The notes: generated from the sequence alone by a model not told the origin. DNA of 60,602 nucleotides from an uncultured Oscillospiraceae bacterium (GCA_947629755.1 CANREY010000001.1:1-60602); one strand, 5' to 3'. Numbered from the stretch's first letter, positions 18,316 to 28,210 are shown. Numbers and translations: made by a program.

Positions 18316-19323
18316 ATGGAAAATACAGAAAACAGGAAAGTCATGCTCTCCGGCATTCAGCCAAGCGGGGCGCTCCATCTGGGAAACTACTTAGGGCCAC
18401 TCAGACACTGGCCGAAGATGATCGAGGAGTTTGACTGCTACTTCTTTTTGGCCGACCTCCACACCATCACCGTGCGTCAGGAGCCGGCGGCCCTTCGCCA
18501 GCAGACAATGACGCTTTTGGCAAGCTACATCGCCTGCGGTCTTGACCCTGAAAAGTGCACGCTCTTTATCCAGTCCCACGTCCACCAGCACGCGGAGCTT
18601 GGCTGGGTGCTCAACTGCTACGCCATGTTCGGGGAGCTTTCACGCATGACCCAGTTTAAGGACAAGTCCGCCAAGCACGCGGAGAACGTCAACGGCGGCC
18701 TTTTCACCTATCCCTGCCTTATGGCGGCGGACATACTGCTCTACCAGCCGGATTTCGTGCCGGTGGGGGAGGACCAGAGACAGCACGTGGAGCTTTGCCG
18801 GAACATCGTCCAGCGCTTCAACGGCCTCTACGGCGAGGTGTTCAAAATGCCGGAGCCCTATATAGCCAAGGTGGGGGCCCGGATAATGAGCCTCAACATG
18901 CCGGAGTCCAAGATGTCAAAGTCAATCCCCGACGGGTGCGTGTACCTTCTCGACAAGCCTGAGGACATCGCGAGAAAATTCAAGCGTGCCATCACCGACA
19001 GCGACACGGAAAACTGCGTCCGCTATGACCCTGAGACGAAGCCGGGAGTTTCAAACCTCATGACCATATACGCCTCCGTCACCGGCAAGAGCTACGACGA
19101 GATAGAGGCGGAGTTTGCTGGAAAAGGCTACGGCGTATTCAAGCCCGCCGTGGGCGAGGCGGTCATCGAAACACTCCGGCCAATCCGCGAGGAGGCCGAG
19201 AGACTTTTAAAGGACAAGGCGTATTTAGAGTCCGTCTACCGCAAGGGCGCGGAGAAGGCCTCATACGTGGCCGAGAAGACCCTGAGAAAGGTCTATAAAA
19301 AGGTCGGGTTTATCCAGAAGTGA
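18316..19323 (+). CDS. trpS: Tryptophan--tRNA ligase
   Basis: 335 aa. Class I motifs PSGALHLGNYLG (HIGH-type) and KMSKS. Only 17 nt from the preceding gene. Confidence 0.95.
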   Translation: MENTENRKVMLSGIQPSGALHLGNYLGPLRHWPKMIEEFDCYFFLADLHTITVRQEPAALRQQTMTLLASYIACGLDPEKCTLFIQSHVHQHAELGWVLNCYAMFGELSRMTQFKDKSAKHAENVNGGLFTYPCLMAADILLYQPDFVPVGEDQRQHVELCRNIVQRFNGLYGEVFKMPEPYIAKVGARIMSLNMPESKMSKSIPDGCVYLLDKPEDIARKFKRAITDSDTENCVRYDPETKPGVSNLMTIYASVTGKSYDEIEAEFAGKGYGVFKPAVGEAVIETLRPIREEAERLLKDKAYLESVYRKGAEKASYVAEKTLRKVYKKVGFIQK

Positions 19324-19347
19324 CCTTATAGAGGATTAGTTAGGGAT

Positions 19348-20502
19348 ATGAATATTGAACTGCAGGATCTCTTGAAAATCGCGCTGACTATGGTGGCGTC
19401 CCTTTTGGTGTGCTTTGCCATGACGCCTCTCGTGCGCTCCTTCGCCGTGAAGGTGGGCGCGGTGGACGTACCGAAGGACGGCCGGCGTATGCACGACCAC
19501 CCCATACCCAGACAGGGGGGCCTTGCCATATTCCTTGGCTTTTTGGTGGGCGTGGTGCTCTTTGCCGACCTTAACCGGCAGGTACAGGGCATACTCTTAG
19601 GCTCCGTGATAATCGTCACCGTTGGGGCCATCGACGACATCGTGCCCCTTCCGGCGCTACTTAAATTCGTGGTGCAGATCGGCGCCGCCGGCGTGGCGGT
19701 GGCCTTCGGCGTCAGGATCGAGCACATCGCCAACCCCATATTCTGGAGCGAGGCCCAGTATATAAGCTTCGGCGCGTGGAGCGTGCCGATAACCATATTC
19801 TGGATAGTGGGTATAACCAACTCCATAAACCTCATCGACGGCCTTGACGGCCTTGCCTGCGGCGTGTCGGCCATATCCAGCCTTTCCATACTGGTCATCT
19901 CCCTTGTGCTTGGGCAGGTGGAGATCGCCGTCCTGTTGGCGGCGGTGCTGGGCGCGTGCCTTGGCTTCATGCCCTACAACTTAAACCCCGCCAAGATATT
20001 CATGGGCGACACCGGGGCGCTTTTGCTGGGCTACGTGTTGTCCACAGTGTCGGTGATAGGGCTTTTGAAGTTTTACACCATAATCTCCTTTACCGTGCCA
20101 CTCCTCGCTCTGGCCCTCCCCATATTCGACACCTGCTTTGCCATAATAAGACGCCTCATAAAGGGCCAGAACCCCATGAGCCCCGACCGGGGCCATTTCC
20201 ACCACCGGCTCATGGACATGGGCTTTTCCCAGAAGCAGTCCGTGGCCGTACTCTACGCCATCTCCGCCGTCCTCGGCCTCTCCGCCGTCATAATCACCAC
20301 CAGCGGCGAGATGAAGGCGCTCATACTCGTGCTCTCCTTCTGCGTGGCCATCATAATCGGCATAGCTTTGATCAAAAGCCACGACGACAAGGTGGAAAAG
20401 GAGCAGGAGGAGGCCGCGGCCCAGCCCGAAAATCAGCCCACACTCTCCAACAGCGAAGTGCCGCCGGAGGAAAATACAGAAAATCAGGAGGACGGACACT
20501 AA
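19348..20502 (+). CDS. Glycosyltransferase family 4: undecaprenyl-phosphate HexNAc-1-phosphate transferase (WecA/TagO/MraY-like)
   Basis: 384 aa, polytopic. Motifs DVPKDGRRMHDHPIPRQGG, NSINLIDGLDGL and FMGDTGALLLG. Acidic, low-complexity C-terminal tail. Confidence 0.85.
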   Translation: MNIELQDLLKIALTMVASLLVCFAMTPLVRSFAVKVGAVDVPKDGRRMHDHPIPRQGGLAIFLGFLVGVVLFADLNRQVQGILLGSVIIVTVGAIDDIVPLPALLKFVVQIGAAGVAVAFGVRIEHIANPIFWSEAQYISFGAWSVPITIFWIVGITNSINLIDGLDGLACGVSAISSLSILVISLVLGQVEIAVLLAAVLGACLGFMPYNLNPAKIFMGDTGALLLGYVLSTVSVIGLLKFYTIISFTVPLLALALPIFDTCFAIIRRLIKGQNPMSPDRGHFHHRLMDMGFSQKQSVAVLYAISAVLGLSAVIITTSGEMKALILVLSFCVAIIIGIALIKSHDDKVEKEQEEAAAQPENQPTLSNSEVPPEENTENQEDGH

Positions 20503-20599
20503 CCGGCCGTCTTTCCCTCGTCCAATTATCCGATGTGGAAAATGTATCATAACACAAAATATGGCATAACAAACATTTTGTAATTGCCCGTTGCGGCAG

Positions 20600-20628
20600 T
20601 TGCGTATTACAAGTTTATGTGGTATGAT
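20600..20628 (+). promoter_or_regulatory. Extended -10 promoter of the small membrane protein gene
   Basis: TTGCGT (20600-20605), 17-nt spacer, TGG-TATGAT (20623-20628). Confidence 0.45.
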
Positions 20629-20675
20629 GCTGATAATGGAATTTACGGACCGATACGATTTTGAGGTGTTTGACA

Positions 20676-20993
20676 GTGTTGGCATACTCGATTATTATGT
20701 TTTTGGGCGCCGCCGTATTTTCGGCGTTCAGCATAGCGATTTATAAGGGCAAGACCGATTTGATACATGATTATCACCAGACAAAGGTCAAAGACAAGGC
20801 CGCTTACGGAAGGTCCTTTGGAAAGGCGCTATTTTGTTTTGCGCTGGCAATGCTGCTCAGCGGTGTCGTTGGCCTGTTTGCGAATAATAATATAATCGGG
20901 ACAGCCGCGGTCGTCATTCTCATAACAGGATTATGTATCGGTGTAATTTGTATTATCAAGGTACAAAACAAATACAACAAAGGAGTTTTCTGA
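20676..20993 (+). CDS. Small integral membrane protein (3 predicted TM segments), unknown function
   Basis: Hydrophobic ORF. GTG at 20676 lies 8 nt after GAGGTG, but the exact start is uncertain (the track ORF begins at 20661). Followed by terminator GCGGACGCCCGGCGTCCGC (21011-21029). Confidence 0.45.
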   Translation: MLAYSIIMFLGAAVFSAFSIAIYKGKTDLIHDYHQTKVKDKAAYGRSFGKALFCFALAMLLSGVVGLFANNNIIGTAAVVILITGLCIGVICIIKVQNKYNKGVF

Positions 20994-21030
20994 ATTACCC
21001 AATTAAAATAGCGGACGCCCGGCGTCCGCT

Positions 21031-21163
21031 TACTCATTCCCCGTCCCTCGTCCCGCCCGCAGGCGAAAAGCCTCCCCTTGCTAAAGGGGAGGACAGCCGC
21101 GAAGCGGCTGGAGAGGTTCCGCCCCTCCCTTGGGAGGGGGCAGGGGGTGGGCCGAACAACCCA
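21031..21163. repeat. G-rich hairpin repeat family 2, locus b
   Basis: Contains the 21-mer CTCGTCCCGCCCGCAGGCGAA (21047-21067, identical to 34762-34782). Also hairpins CCTCCCCTTGCTAAAGGGGAGG and CCCCTCCCTTGGGAGGGG (21122-21139), and GGGGTGGGCCGAA (21144-21156). Confidence 0.65.
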
Positions 21164-21240
21164 TAAAATCACCCCACATAAAATCTCACTGCCATAAAGC
21201 CGGATTTACATGTGGGGTATGATATTATAACCGTTTGCTT

Positions 21241-21561
21241 TTATTTGTTGCGCAGTACCGAAAAGCCCACCACGATCAGTATTATGAGAAAATCCTGATC
21301 CCGGCTCTCCAGATAGAGAAAGAGGAGCACCGTCAGCAGTAAAATATCCCCAGGGTCCCCGATGGAGAAGGGGAGCGCCGGATTTGCGCCCCGCACGGTT
21401 TTCGGGCTCTGCCTTGCCGTGGATACGTTGGGTGTCTGCTCCCTGCGCGCTGTTGCGGGAGCTCTCCCGGTGTTTTGGGCCCTCCGCGGCGCCGGCCTTT
21501 GCTGCTGCCTGTAATACCACTGGGGCTGAATATTATAGGCCAAGGTCCAGATCCCCTCCAA
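21241..21561 (-). CDS. Hypothetical protein with Gln/Arg/Pro-rich N-terminal half and C-terminal TM hairpin
   Basis: 106-aa ORF overlapping the upstream gene by 29 nt. Its C-terminus ILLLTVLLFLYLESRDQDFLIILIVVGFSVL looks membrane-embedded. An alternative frame (21206..21520) exists, so coding status and frame are uncertain. Confidence 0.35.
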   Translation of the reverse strand: MEGIWTLAYNIQPQWYYRQQQRPAPRRAQNTGRAPATARREQTPNVSTARQSPKTVRGANPALPFSIGDPGDILLLTVLLFLYLESRDQDFLIILIVVGFSVLRNK

Positions 21562-21901
21562 ACTCGTCTATGGCCGTCTTCGCGACCCTCGCCACACGGG
21601 CGATCTTCACGGCTTTGTCCAGCGTCTCCCGTCGCTGGGGCTTAAGGTACGGCTTCATGGAGGCGATAAGCGCCGCCTTGTTGTCGTCGCCGTGCTTCAG
21701 CTCGCCCATTATTTTCCCGATGGCCCCCAGCATACCGGGGCTTATATCCCCAAGGCCGGGTATGGCCTCGGTCTTTTTCTCCGGCTCCGGCGCTTTCGGG
21801 CTCTCGGAGCTCTTGGAGAGCTCCTTTGCCAAGCCCATTATCTTCTCCATCTCGTCAGGGGAGGAGAGGATCGAGCTCAGCATATCCTCAAACTCGCCCA
21901 T
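21533..21901 (-). CDS. Hypothetical small acidic/lysine-rich protein
   Basis: 122-aa ORF, second gene of a tight three-gene minus-strand operon. No motif I can assign. Confidence 0.5.
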   Translation of the reverse strand: MGEFEDMLSSILSSPDEMEKIMGLAKELSKSSESPKAPEPEKKTEAIPGLGDISPGMLGAIGKIMGELKHGDDNKAALIASMKPYLKPQRRETLDKAVKIARVARVAKTAIDEFGGDLDLGL

Positions 21902-21912
21902 ATCCCGGCCCC

Positions 21913-22179
21913 CTATCTTCCGCCCATGATCGAGCGCAGATTTTCAACGAGCCTCGCCCCTGAGTCGGTCTTCAGAATGTTCTCAACCGCGGTCTTTACG
22001 GCCTCGGTGTCGCCACGCTTTACCGCGTCCTCGAAGCCGCCCTTTTGAAGGGCCGCCCTGACCCGTTCCCCGTCGGGGGAGGAGGCCAGCCGCTCGATGT
22101 CCCCGCGCTTTTCGGCGATCTTCTTGCCGTCCTTGCCGGAGAGGAACCTGTCGGCGGTCTTTTGAAATTCGTTGTCCAT
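21913..22179 (-). CDS. Hypothetical small charged helical protein
   Basis: 88-aa ORF with GGAGGG upstream of the ATG. First gene of the three-gene operon. Confidence 0.5.
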   Translation of the reverse strand: MDNEFQKTADRFLSGKDGKKIAEKRGDIERLASSPDGERVRAALQKGGFEDAVKRGDTEAVKTAVENILKTDSGARLVENLRSIMGGR

Positions 22180-22235
22180 ATCTCACCCTCCGTTCTCACA
22201 AGCCAGTATATTCATTTATCTCAAGGAAGGTCACT

Positions 22236-22700
22236 ATGAAGATACTTGTTTTTTCCGACTCCCACAGATATGTTGAGCCCATGGTCACAGCCACGCTGGA
22301 GGAGAAGCCCGACCAGATAATACACTTAGGCGACATGGAGACCGACGCGGAGGAGCTCTCCCGCCGCTTTCCCACTATACCCGTGGCCTACATCGCCGGC
22401 AACTGCGACAGCTTCTTCGGAGGGGAGAGGTACCGGCTAATTTCAATTCGAGGCAAAAAGCTCTTTATCACCCACGGCCACTGCTTCGGCGTGAAGATGG
22501 GCCTTGACGGCCTCATAAACACCGCCCTCACCGCCGGAGCCGACGCCGTCCTCTTCGGACACACCCACTGTCCACACTTTGAGACAGTCAACGGTATGCT
22601 GGTAATAAATCCCGGCTCCGTGGGCATGGGCGGCCGCACCTACGGCGTTCTCACGGTTGACCCGTCCGGCAATATGGAGTATGAGCTTAAAACCGTCTGA
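22236..22700 (+). CDS. Metallophosphoesterase, YfcE/MJ0936 family
   Basis: 154 aa. Calcineurin-like motif series DSH, GDM, GNCD, HGH and GHTH. Confidence 0.85.
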   Translation: MKILVFSDSHRYVEPMVTATLEEKPDQIIHLGDMETDAEELSRRFPTIPVAYIAGNCDSFFGGERYRLISIRGKKLFITHGHCFGVKMGLDGLINTALTAGADAVLFGHTHCPHFETVNGMLVINPGSVGMGGRTYGVLTVDPSGNMEYELKTV

Positions 22701-22758
22701 ATATAAAAATGCCGGCGAAGGCGCTTGGCCTTTGCCGGCAATAAAAACAGGCGTTTTT

Positions 22759-23613
22759 TTATTTTTTAATTGGCAGCAGGGCCCTTGTGTCGGCCTTGTA
22801 GCCCGCGAAGCCCGGCTTTCTCGACTGGTGGCTGTCCGCCAGCGGGATACTCACAAGGAGGAAGAGCGCGGTATTCATAAGCGCGCCCAGCCCCAGCAGG
22901 TACATATCCGGGTACATGGAGACGACCGAGATGGCCACGCCCCACCACATAAGTATCTCGCCAAGATAATTGGGGTGGCGTGAATATCTCCACACTCCCT
23001 CTCTCAAAAAGCCCGTTCCGCCCATTTTGTGGAACCGGTGGTTTTGAATATCAGCCGCCCCCTCCATAGCCGTGGCGGCAAGGCTCACGCCAAGGCCAAG
23101 GAAGGAGAGAAGATTTGCCCTCGCCGGGTGATCGAGTGCGTACACCGCCGGGAGAAGGCAGGCGTAGACTATCACTGTCGGCATGAGGTGTATCCCGACG
23201 AGGTTGGCGACGGGGTAAAAAGCCCCCGTTTTCTCACGCACCCGCGTATACCGCCAGTCCTGACAGGCGAGGCTCCTGAAGGTGTAGGCCCAGTTTGCCG
23301 TGAGCCTCACCGCCCAGAGGGTGACCACGGTCAGGAGCGCGATCTCGTACACCGAGAGCCTCCGTCCCCAGCCGACGGCCCAGAGTATCACCGGCGGCTG
23401 GACGCTCCAGTATGGGTCGTACACCGAGGCGTTGTCCAGCAGCACGCTGAAAACGAACACCACCAGCGTTGCCGCCGTATCCGCCACCAGTATCGCCTGC
23501 CACCGGGGCAGGTGAAGCTGTGAATACTCCTTAAACCCCGCCAGACACGCCAGAGCGTATACCGCGATCATGATAATAAAGCTCAAGATCCTGTTCTCTT
23601 TAAGCCGTGACAC
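22759..23613 (-). CDS. DUF1295 / steroid-5-alpha-reductase-ICMT-like membrane protein
   Basis: 284 aa, polytopic. The C-terminal motif RYSRHPNYLGEILMWWG is characteristic of this family. Confidence 0.75.
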   Translation of the reverse strand: MSRLKENRILSFIIMIAVYALACLAGFKEYSQLHLPRWQAILVADTAATLVVFVFSVLLDNASVYDPYWSVQPPVILWAVGWGRRLSVYEIALLTVVTLWAVRLTANWAYTFRSLACQDWRYTRVREKTGAFYPVANLVGIHLMPTVIVYACLLPAVYALDHPARANLLSFLGLGVSLAATAMEGAADIQNHRFHKMGGTGFLREGVWRYSRHPNYLGEILMWWGVAISVVSMYPDMYLLGLGALMNTALFLLVSIPLADSHQSRKPGFAGYKADTRALLPIKK

Positions 23614-23727
23614 CGTATCCGCGCCCCTTTTTCCCGTTTTTTCGCAGTAAGGACATATTACACTATTGTAAAGATAATTTCAAGTGAAAGGACGGGAAAT
23701 TACCTGACGGGCGGGAAACTATGAAAG

Positions 23728-23756
23728 TTGACAAAAGCTTTTTGTTGTGTTAAAAT
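23728..23756 (+). promoter_or_regulatory. Near-consensus extended -10 promoter, ~400 nt upstream of rnj
   Basis: TTGACA (23728-23733), 17-nt spacer, TGT-TAAAAT (23751-23756). Confidence 0.6.
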
Positions 23757-23810
23757 ACTCAAATCTGGATAAAATTATTTAGGCTTTTTGCGCCAACGGC
23801 GCTTAAACAT

Positions 23811-23902
23811 ACGCAATATTATATAAATTCAGTTCAGAGAGCGACCGGCTTTTCGGCGATTCAGGGCCGAAAACCTGTACTCTGGGCTTTATAATGTTGC
23901 GT
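23811..23902 (+). other. Long imperfect hairpin 1 in the rnj upstream region
   Basis: The 13-bp basal stem ACGCAATATTATA / TATAATGTTGCGT encloses CAGAG/CTCTG and GGCTTTTCGGC/GCCGAAAACC helices. Confidence 0.5.
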
Positions 23903-23920
23903 CCATATTATTTCGTTGCT

Positions 23921-24088
23921 GTTATACTAATATCTATTTAAAAGGAGACACCGAGCGGCGAGGATTTTTCGCGTCAGGCAAGGAAGACGCCGCAGGGAAT
24001 ACCCATTGGTATTTCCAAGGCGGCTGACGCCGCATGACGCGAAAAAGGCCGTCGCGAATGTCTTGTTTTAATTAGATATTAGTATTAC
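23921..24088 (+). ncRNA. Candidate 6S-like RNA / structured rnj leader (long hairpin with large central bubble)
   Basis: Closing stem TACTAATATCTA (23925-23936) pairs with TAGATATTAGTA (24073-24084). A second helix is TTTTTCGCGTCA / TGACGCGAAAAA. An internal loop of about 18 x 18 nt is kept open because both sides carry the same 9-mer GACGCCGCA. The 3' side of the loop can form GCGGC-TGAC-GCCGC. Apical stem GGAATACC / GGTATTTCC. No covariance-model search was possible. Confidence 0.35.
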
Positions 24089-24157
24089 ATAAATCTCCGA
24101 CGCGAGGGCGTCCGGTCCTCGGCGGGGGAGCAACATGATTCAAAGGAGAATTTTTGC

Positions 24158-25825
<1,668 letters not shown>

Positions 25826-25829
25826 GGCC

Positions 25830-26162
25830 GTGAACATACAGATATTCGGCAAGGCCAAGTGCTTTGACACGAAGAAGGCCGAGCGCTATTTCAAGGAGCG
25901 CCGGATAAAATTCCAGTCTGTGGACATGGTCAAATACGGCATCAGCCCACGGGAGTTCGACTCCGTAAGGCGCGCCGTGGGCCTTGAGAACCTCATCGAC
26001 GAAAAGGCTAAGGGCGCGGAGCTGCTTAAATATCTCGCCTACGACGAGGACAAGGTGGAAAAGCTTCTTGCCGACCAGTCCCTCATAAAAACCCCCATCG
26101 TCCGCAACGGCAAGCTCGCCACCGTCGGCTACTGCCCGGAGGTTTGGAAAACGTGGGAATAA
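25830..26162 (+). CDS. ArsC/Spx/MgsR-family protein (thioredoxin-fold, single N-terminal Cys)
   Basis: 110 aa. IQIFGKAKCFDTKKAERYFKERRIKF plus the C-terminal LIKTPIVRNG...VGY pattern of the ArsC/YffB family. Starts 4 nt after the rnj stop. Confidence 0.7.
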   Translation: MNIQIFGKAKCFDTKKAERYFKERRIKFQSVDMVKYGISPREFDSVRRAVGLENLIDEKAKGAELLKYLAYDEDKVEKLLADQSLIKTPIVRNGKLATVGYCPEVWKTWE

Positions 26163-26171
26163 ACCAAAAAA

Positions 26172-26440
26172 GCGCCCCGACCGGGGCGCTTTTTTGGTTG
26201 TCGACAAAGGCCCAAGGGCCTTTGTCGACAATGGAGAACGTGCGGAAAAATTCGCGAAAAGGTCTGCGGACCTATTCGCAAATTTTTCCTGCCGTCACGC
26301 CGCGCGCGCCGCAAGCGGCACACTTGCGTGACAAGAGGTAATTTTCGCGACGTACATGCCGCCGCGAAAATCATTTGAAATGGAGTTTTACGCTTATCTG
26401 TGGTTTGCCAACAGTCTAAAAAGTGCCCCACTGGGGGTGC
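26172..26440 (+). repeat. Multi-hairpin intergenic element, copy C, with flanking related terminator hairpins
   Basis: Element at 26198-26416 (H1 TTGTCGACAAAGGCCCAAGGGCCTTTGTCGACAA at 26198-26231, ending CCAACAGTC). Flanked by GCGCCCCGACCGGGGCGC (26172-26189) and GTGCCCCACTGGGGGTGC (26423-26440), each with an A-run and a TTTTTTGGT tail. Confidence 0.85.
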
Positions 26441-26493
26441 TTTTTTGGTGAGCGGAGAATTGCGGCCGGGGTGGGACAAATATTCTCTTTTAA

Positions 26494-26522
26494 TTGACAA
26501 TACCCCTACAATAAACTATAAT
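26494..26522 (+). promoter_or_regulatory. Consensus sigma-A promoter of the beta-CASP RNase gene
   Basis: TTGACA (26494-26499), 17-nt spacer, TATAAT (26517-26522). Confidence 0.6.
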
Positions 26523-26553
26523 TGATTTATAAATTCTTACAGGGGGTGGCGGT

Positions 26554-28164
26554 ATGAGGATAACGTTTATCGGCGCGGCGCATGACGTTACGGGGAGCTG
26601 TACGCTGCTTGAGGTTGGAGGGCATAAGATGCTTGTCGACTGTGGCATGAAGCAGGGGAGCACGGCTTTTGAGAGCGTGGACCTGCCGGTGGCGGAGAAG
26701 GACATCGAGTGCGTGCTTCTGACCCACGCCCACGTGGACCACTCCGGAAATCTGCCGCTCCTCTACAAAAAGGGCTTTCGGGGCCCGGTCTACACCACCG
26801 AGGCCACGCGAAATCTCTGCGAGATAATGCTCCGCGACTGCGCCAACATACAGATGAGCGACGCGGAGTACAAGTCCCGTAAGGCCCGGCGGGCCGGGGA
26901 GCCGGAGGTGGAGCCCCTTTTCGACTTAAACGACGCGGAGGGGGTACTGAAGCACTTTCGCGGGTGCGAGTACGAAAGAGAGCTCACAATAAACGAGTGC
27001 GTTTCAGTGCGCTTTACGGACATCGGGCACCTTTTGGGCTCGGCCTGTATCGAGGTCTGGCTCCACGAGGGCGGCGAGAGCCGGAAGATGGTCTTCTCCG
27101 GGGACGTGGGCAACACGGACCAGCCCATAATCTGCGACCCCAAGAGGGTCTCGGACGCGGACTATCTGATGATCGAATCCACCTACGGCGACAGGTCCCA
27201 CGGGGAGCGGCACGAGTACATAAACACACTTGCCGGGTACATACAGAAGACCCTTGACCGGGGCGGCAACGTGATAATCCCCTCCTTCGCCGTGGGCAGG
27301 ACGCAGGAGATACTTTACTTTATACGTGAGATAAAAAACGCCAATCTCGTCACCGGCCACGGCGTGTGGCCAGTATACGTGGACAGCCCCCTTGCCAACG
27401 AGGCCACGTCCATCTTCATGCAGTGCGACACCCAGTATCTGGACGAGGAGACAAGGGCCGTCATGGCCGAGGGCGTGAACCCCCTCGTATTTGACGGGCT
27501 GTGCCTCACCACCTCCACGGAGGAGTCGAAGGCCCTCAACACCGACGAGACGCCCAAGGTCATAATCTCCGCCTCCGGCATGTGCGACGCGGGGCGCATA
27601 CGCCACCATTTAAAATACAATCTCTGGAGAAGTGAGTGCCTCATACTCTTTGTGGGCTATCAGGCCGCGGGGACCTTGGGGCGGATCATCTACGACGGGG
27701 CAAAGAGCGTGAAGCTCTTTGGCGACGACGTGGCGGTGAACGCCGAGATAGAGTACCTCCCCGGCGTATCGGGCCACGCGGACAAGCAGGGGCTTCTCGA
27801 CTGGCTGTCAGGCTTCTCGGAAAAGCCAAAGCACGTATTTGTTAACCACGGCGACGAGGGGGCCTGCGAGGAATTTGCCCGGTGCCTCCGGGAGGAGCAC
27901 GGCTACAACGCCTTCGCGCCCTATTCCGGCACGGAGTTCGACCTCATAACCGGGGAGTTTGTGAAGCTCACCGAGGGCGTTCGGGTGAGGAAGGTAAAGC
28001 CGGAGACTCAAGCCCGCAGAAGGGCCAACGAGGCCTTCAACCGCTTCATGGACGCGGTGACGAGGCTTGTGAACACCGCCAAGGAGTGCGACGGCATGGC
28101 CACGAAGGACTTGGCCCGGTTCACGGGTATGATAAATTCCCTTATAGACAAGATAAAAAAATAA
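26554..28164 (+). CDS. MBL-fold beta-CASP family hydrolase (RNA-metabolising metallo-beta-lactamase)
   Basis: 536 aa. N-terminus MRITFIGAAHDVTGSC, the HxHxDH motif LTHAHVDHSG, beta-CASP-type motifs downstream (ESTYGDR, GHADKQGL) and a C-terminal helical extension of about 80 aa. Confidence 0.85.
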   Translation: MRITFIGAAHDVTGSCTLLEVGGHKMLVDCGMKQGSTAFESVDLPVAEKDIECVLLTHAHVDHSGNLPLLYKKGFRGPVYTTEATRNLCEIMLRDCANIQMSDAEYKSRKARRAGEPEVEPLFDLNDAEGVLKHFRGCEYERELTINECVSVRFTDIGHLLGSACIEVWLHEGGESRKMVFSGDVGNTDQPIICDPKRVSDADYLMIESTYGDRSHGERHEYINTLAGYIQKTLDRGGNVIIPSFAVGRTQEILYFIREIKNANLVTGHGVWPVYVDSPLANEATSIFMQCDTQYLDEETRAVMAEGVNPLVFDGLCLTTSTEESKALNTDETPKVIISASGMCDAGRIRHHLKYNLWRSECLILFVGYQAAGTLGRIIYDGAKSVKLFGDDVAVNAEIEYLPGVSGHADKQGLLDWLSGFSEKPKHVFVNHGDEGACEEFARCLREEHGYNAFAPYSGTEFDLITGEFVKLTEGVRVRKVKPETQARRRANEAFNRFMDAVTRLVNTAKECDGMATKDLARFTGMINSLIDKIKK

Positions 28165-28171
28165 AAGAATA

Positions 28172-28203
28172 CAAAAAGCCGACGGAAACGCCGGCTTTTT
28201 TGA
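28172..28203. terminator. Bidirectional terminator between convergent genes
   Basis: AAAAAGCCGACGGAAACGCCGGCTTTTTT. Confidence 0.6.
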
Positions 28204-28210
28204 TGGGGGG

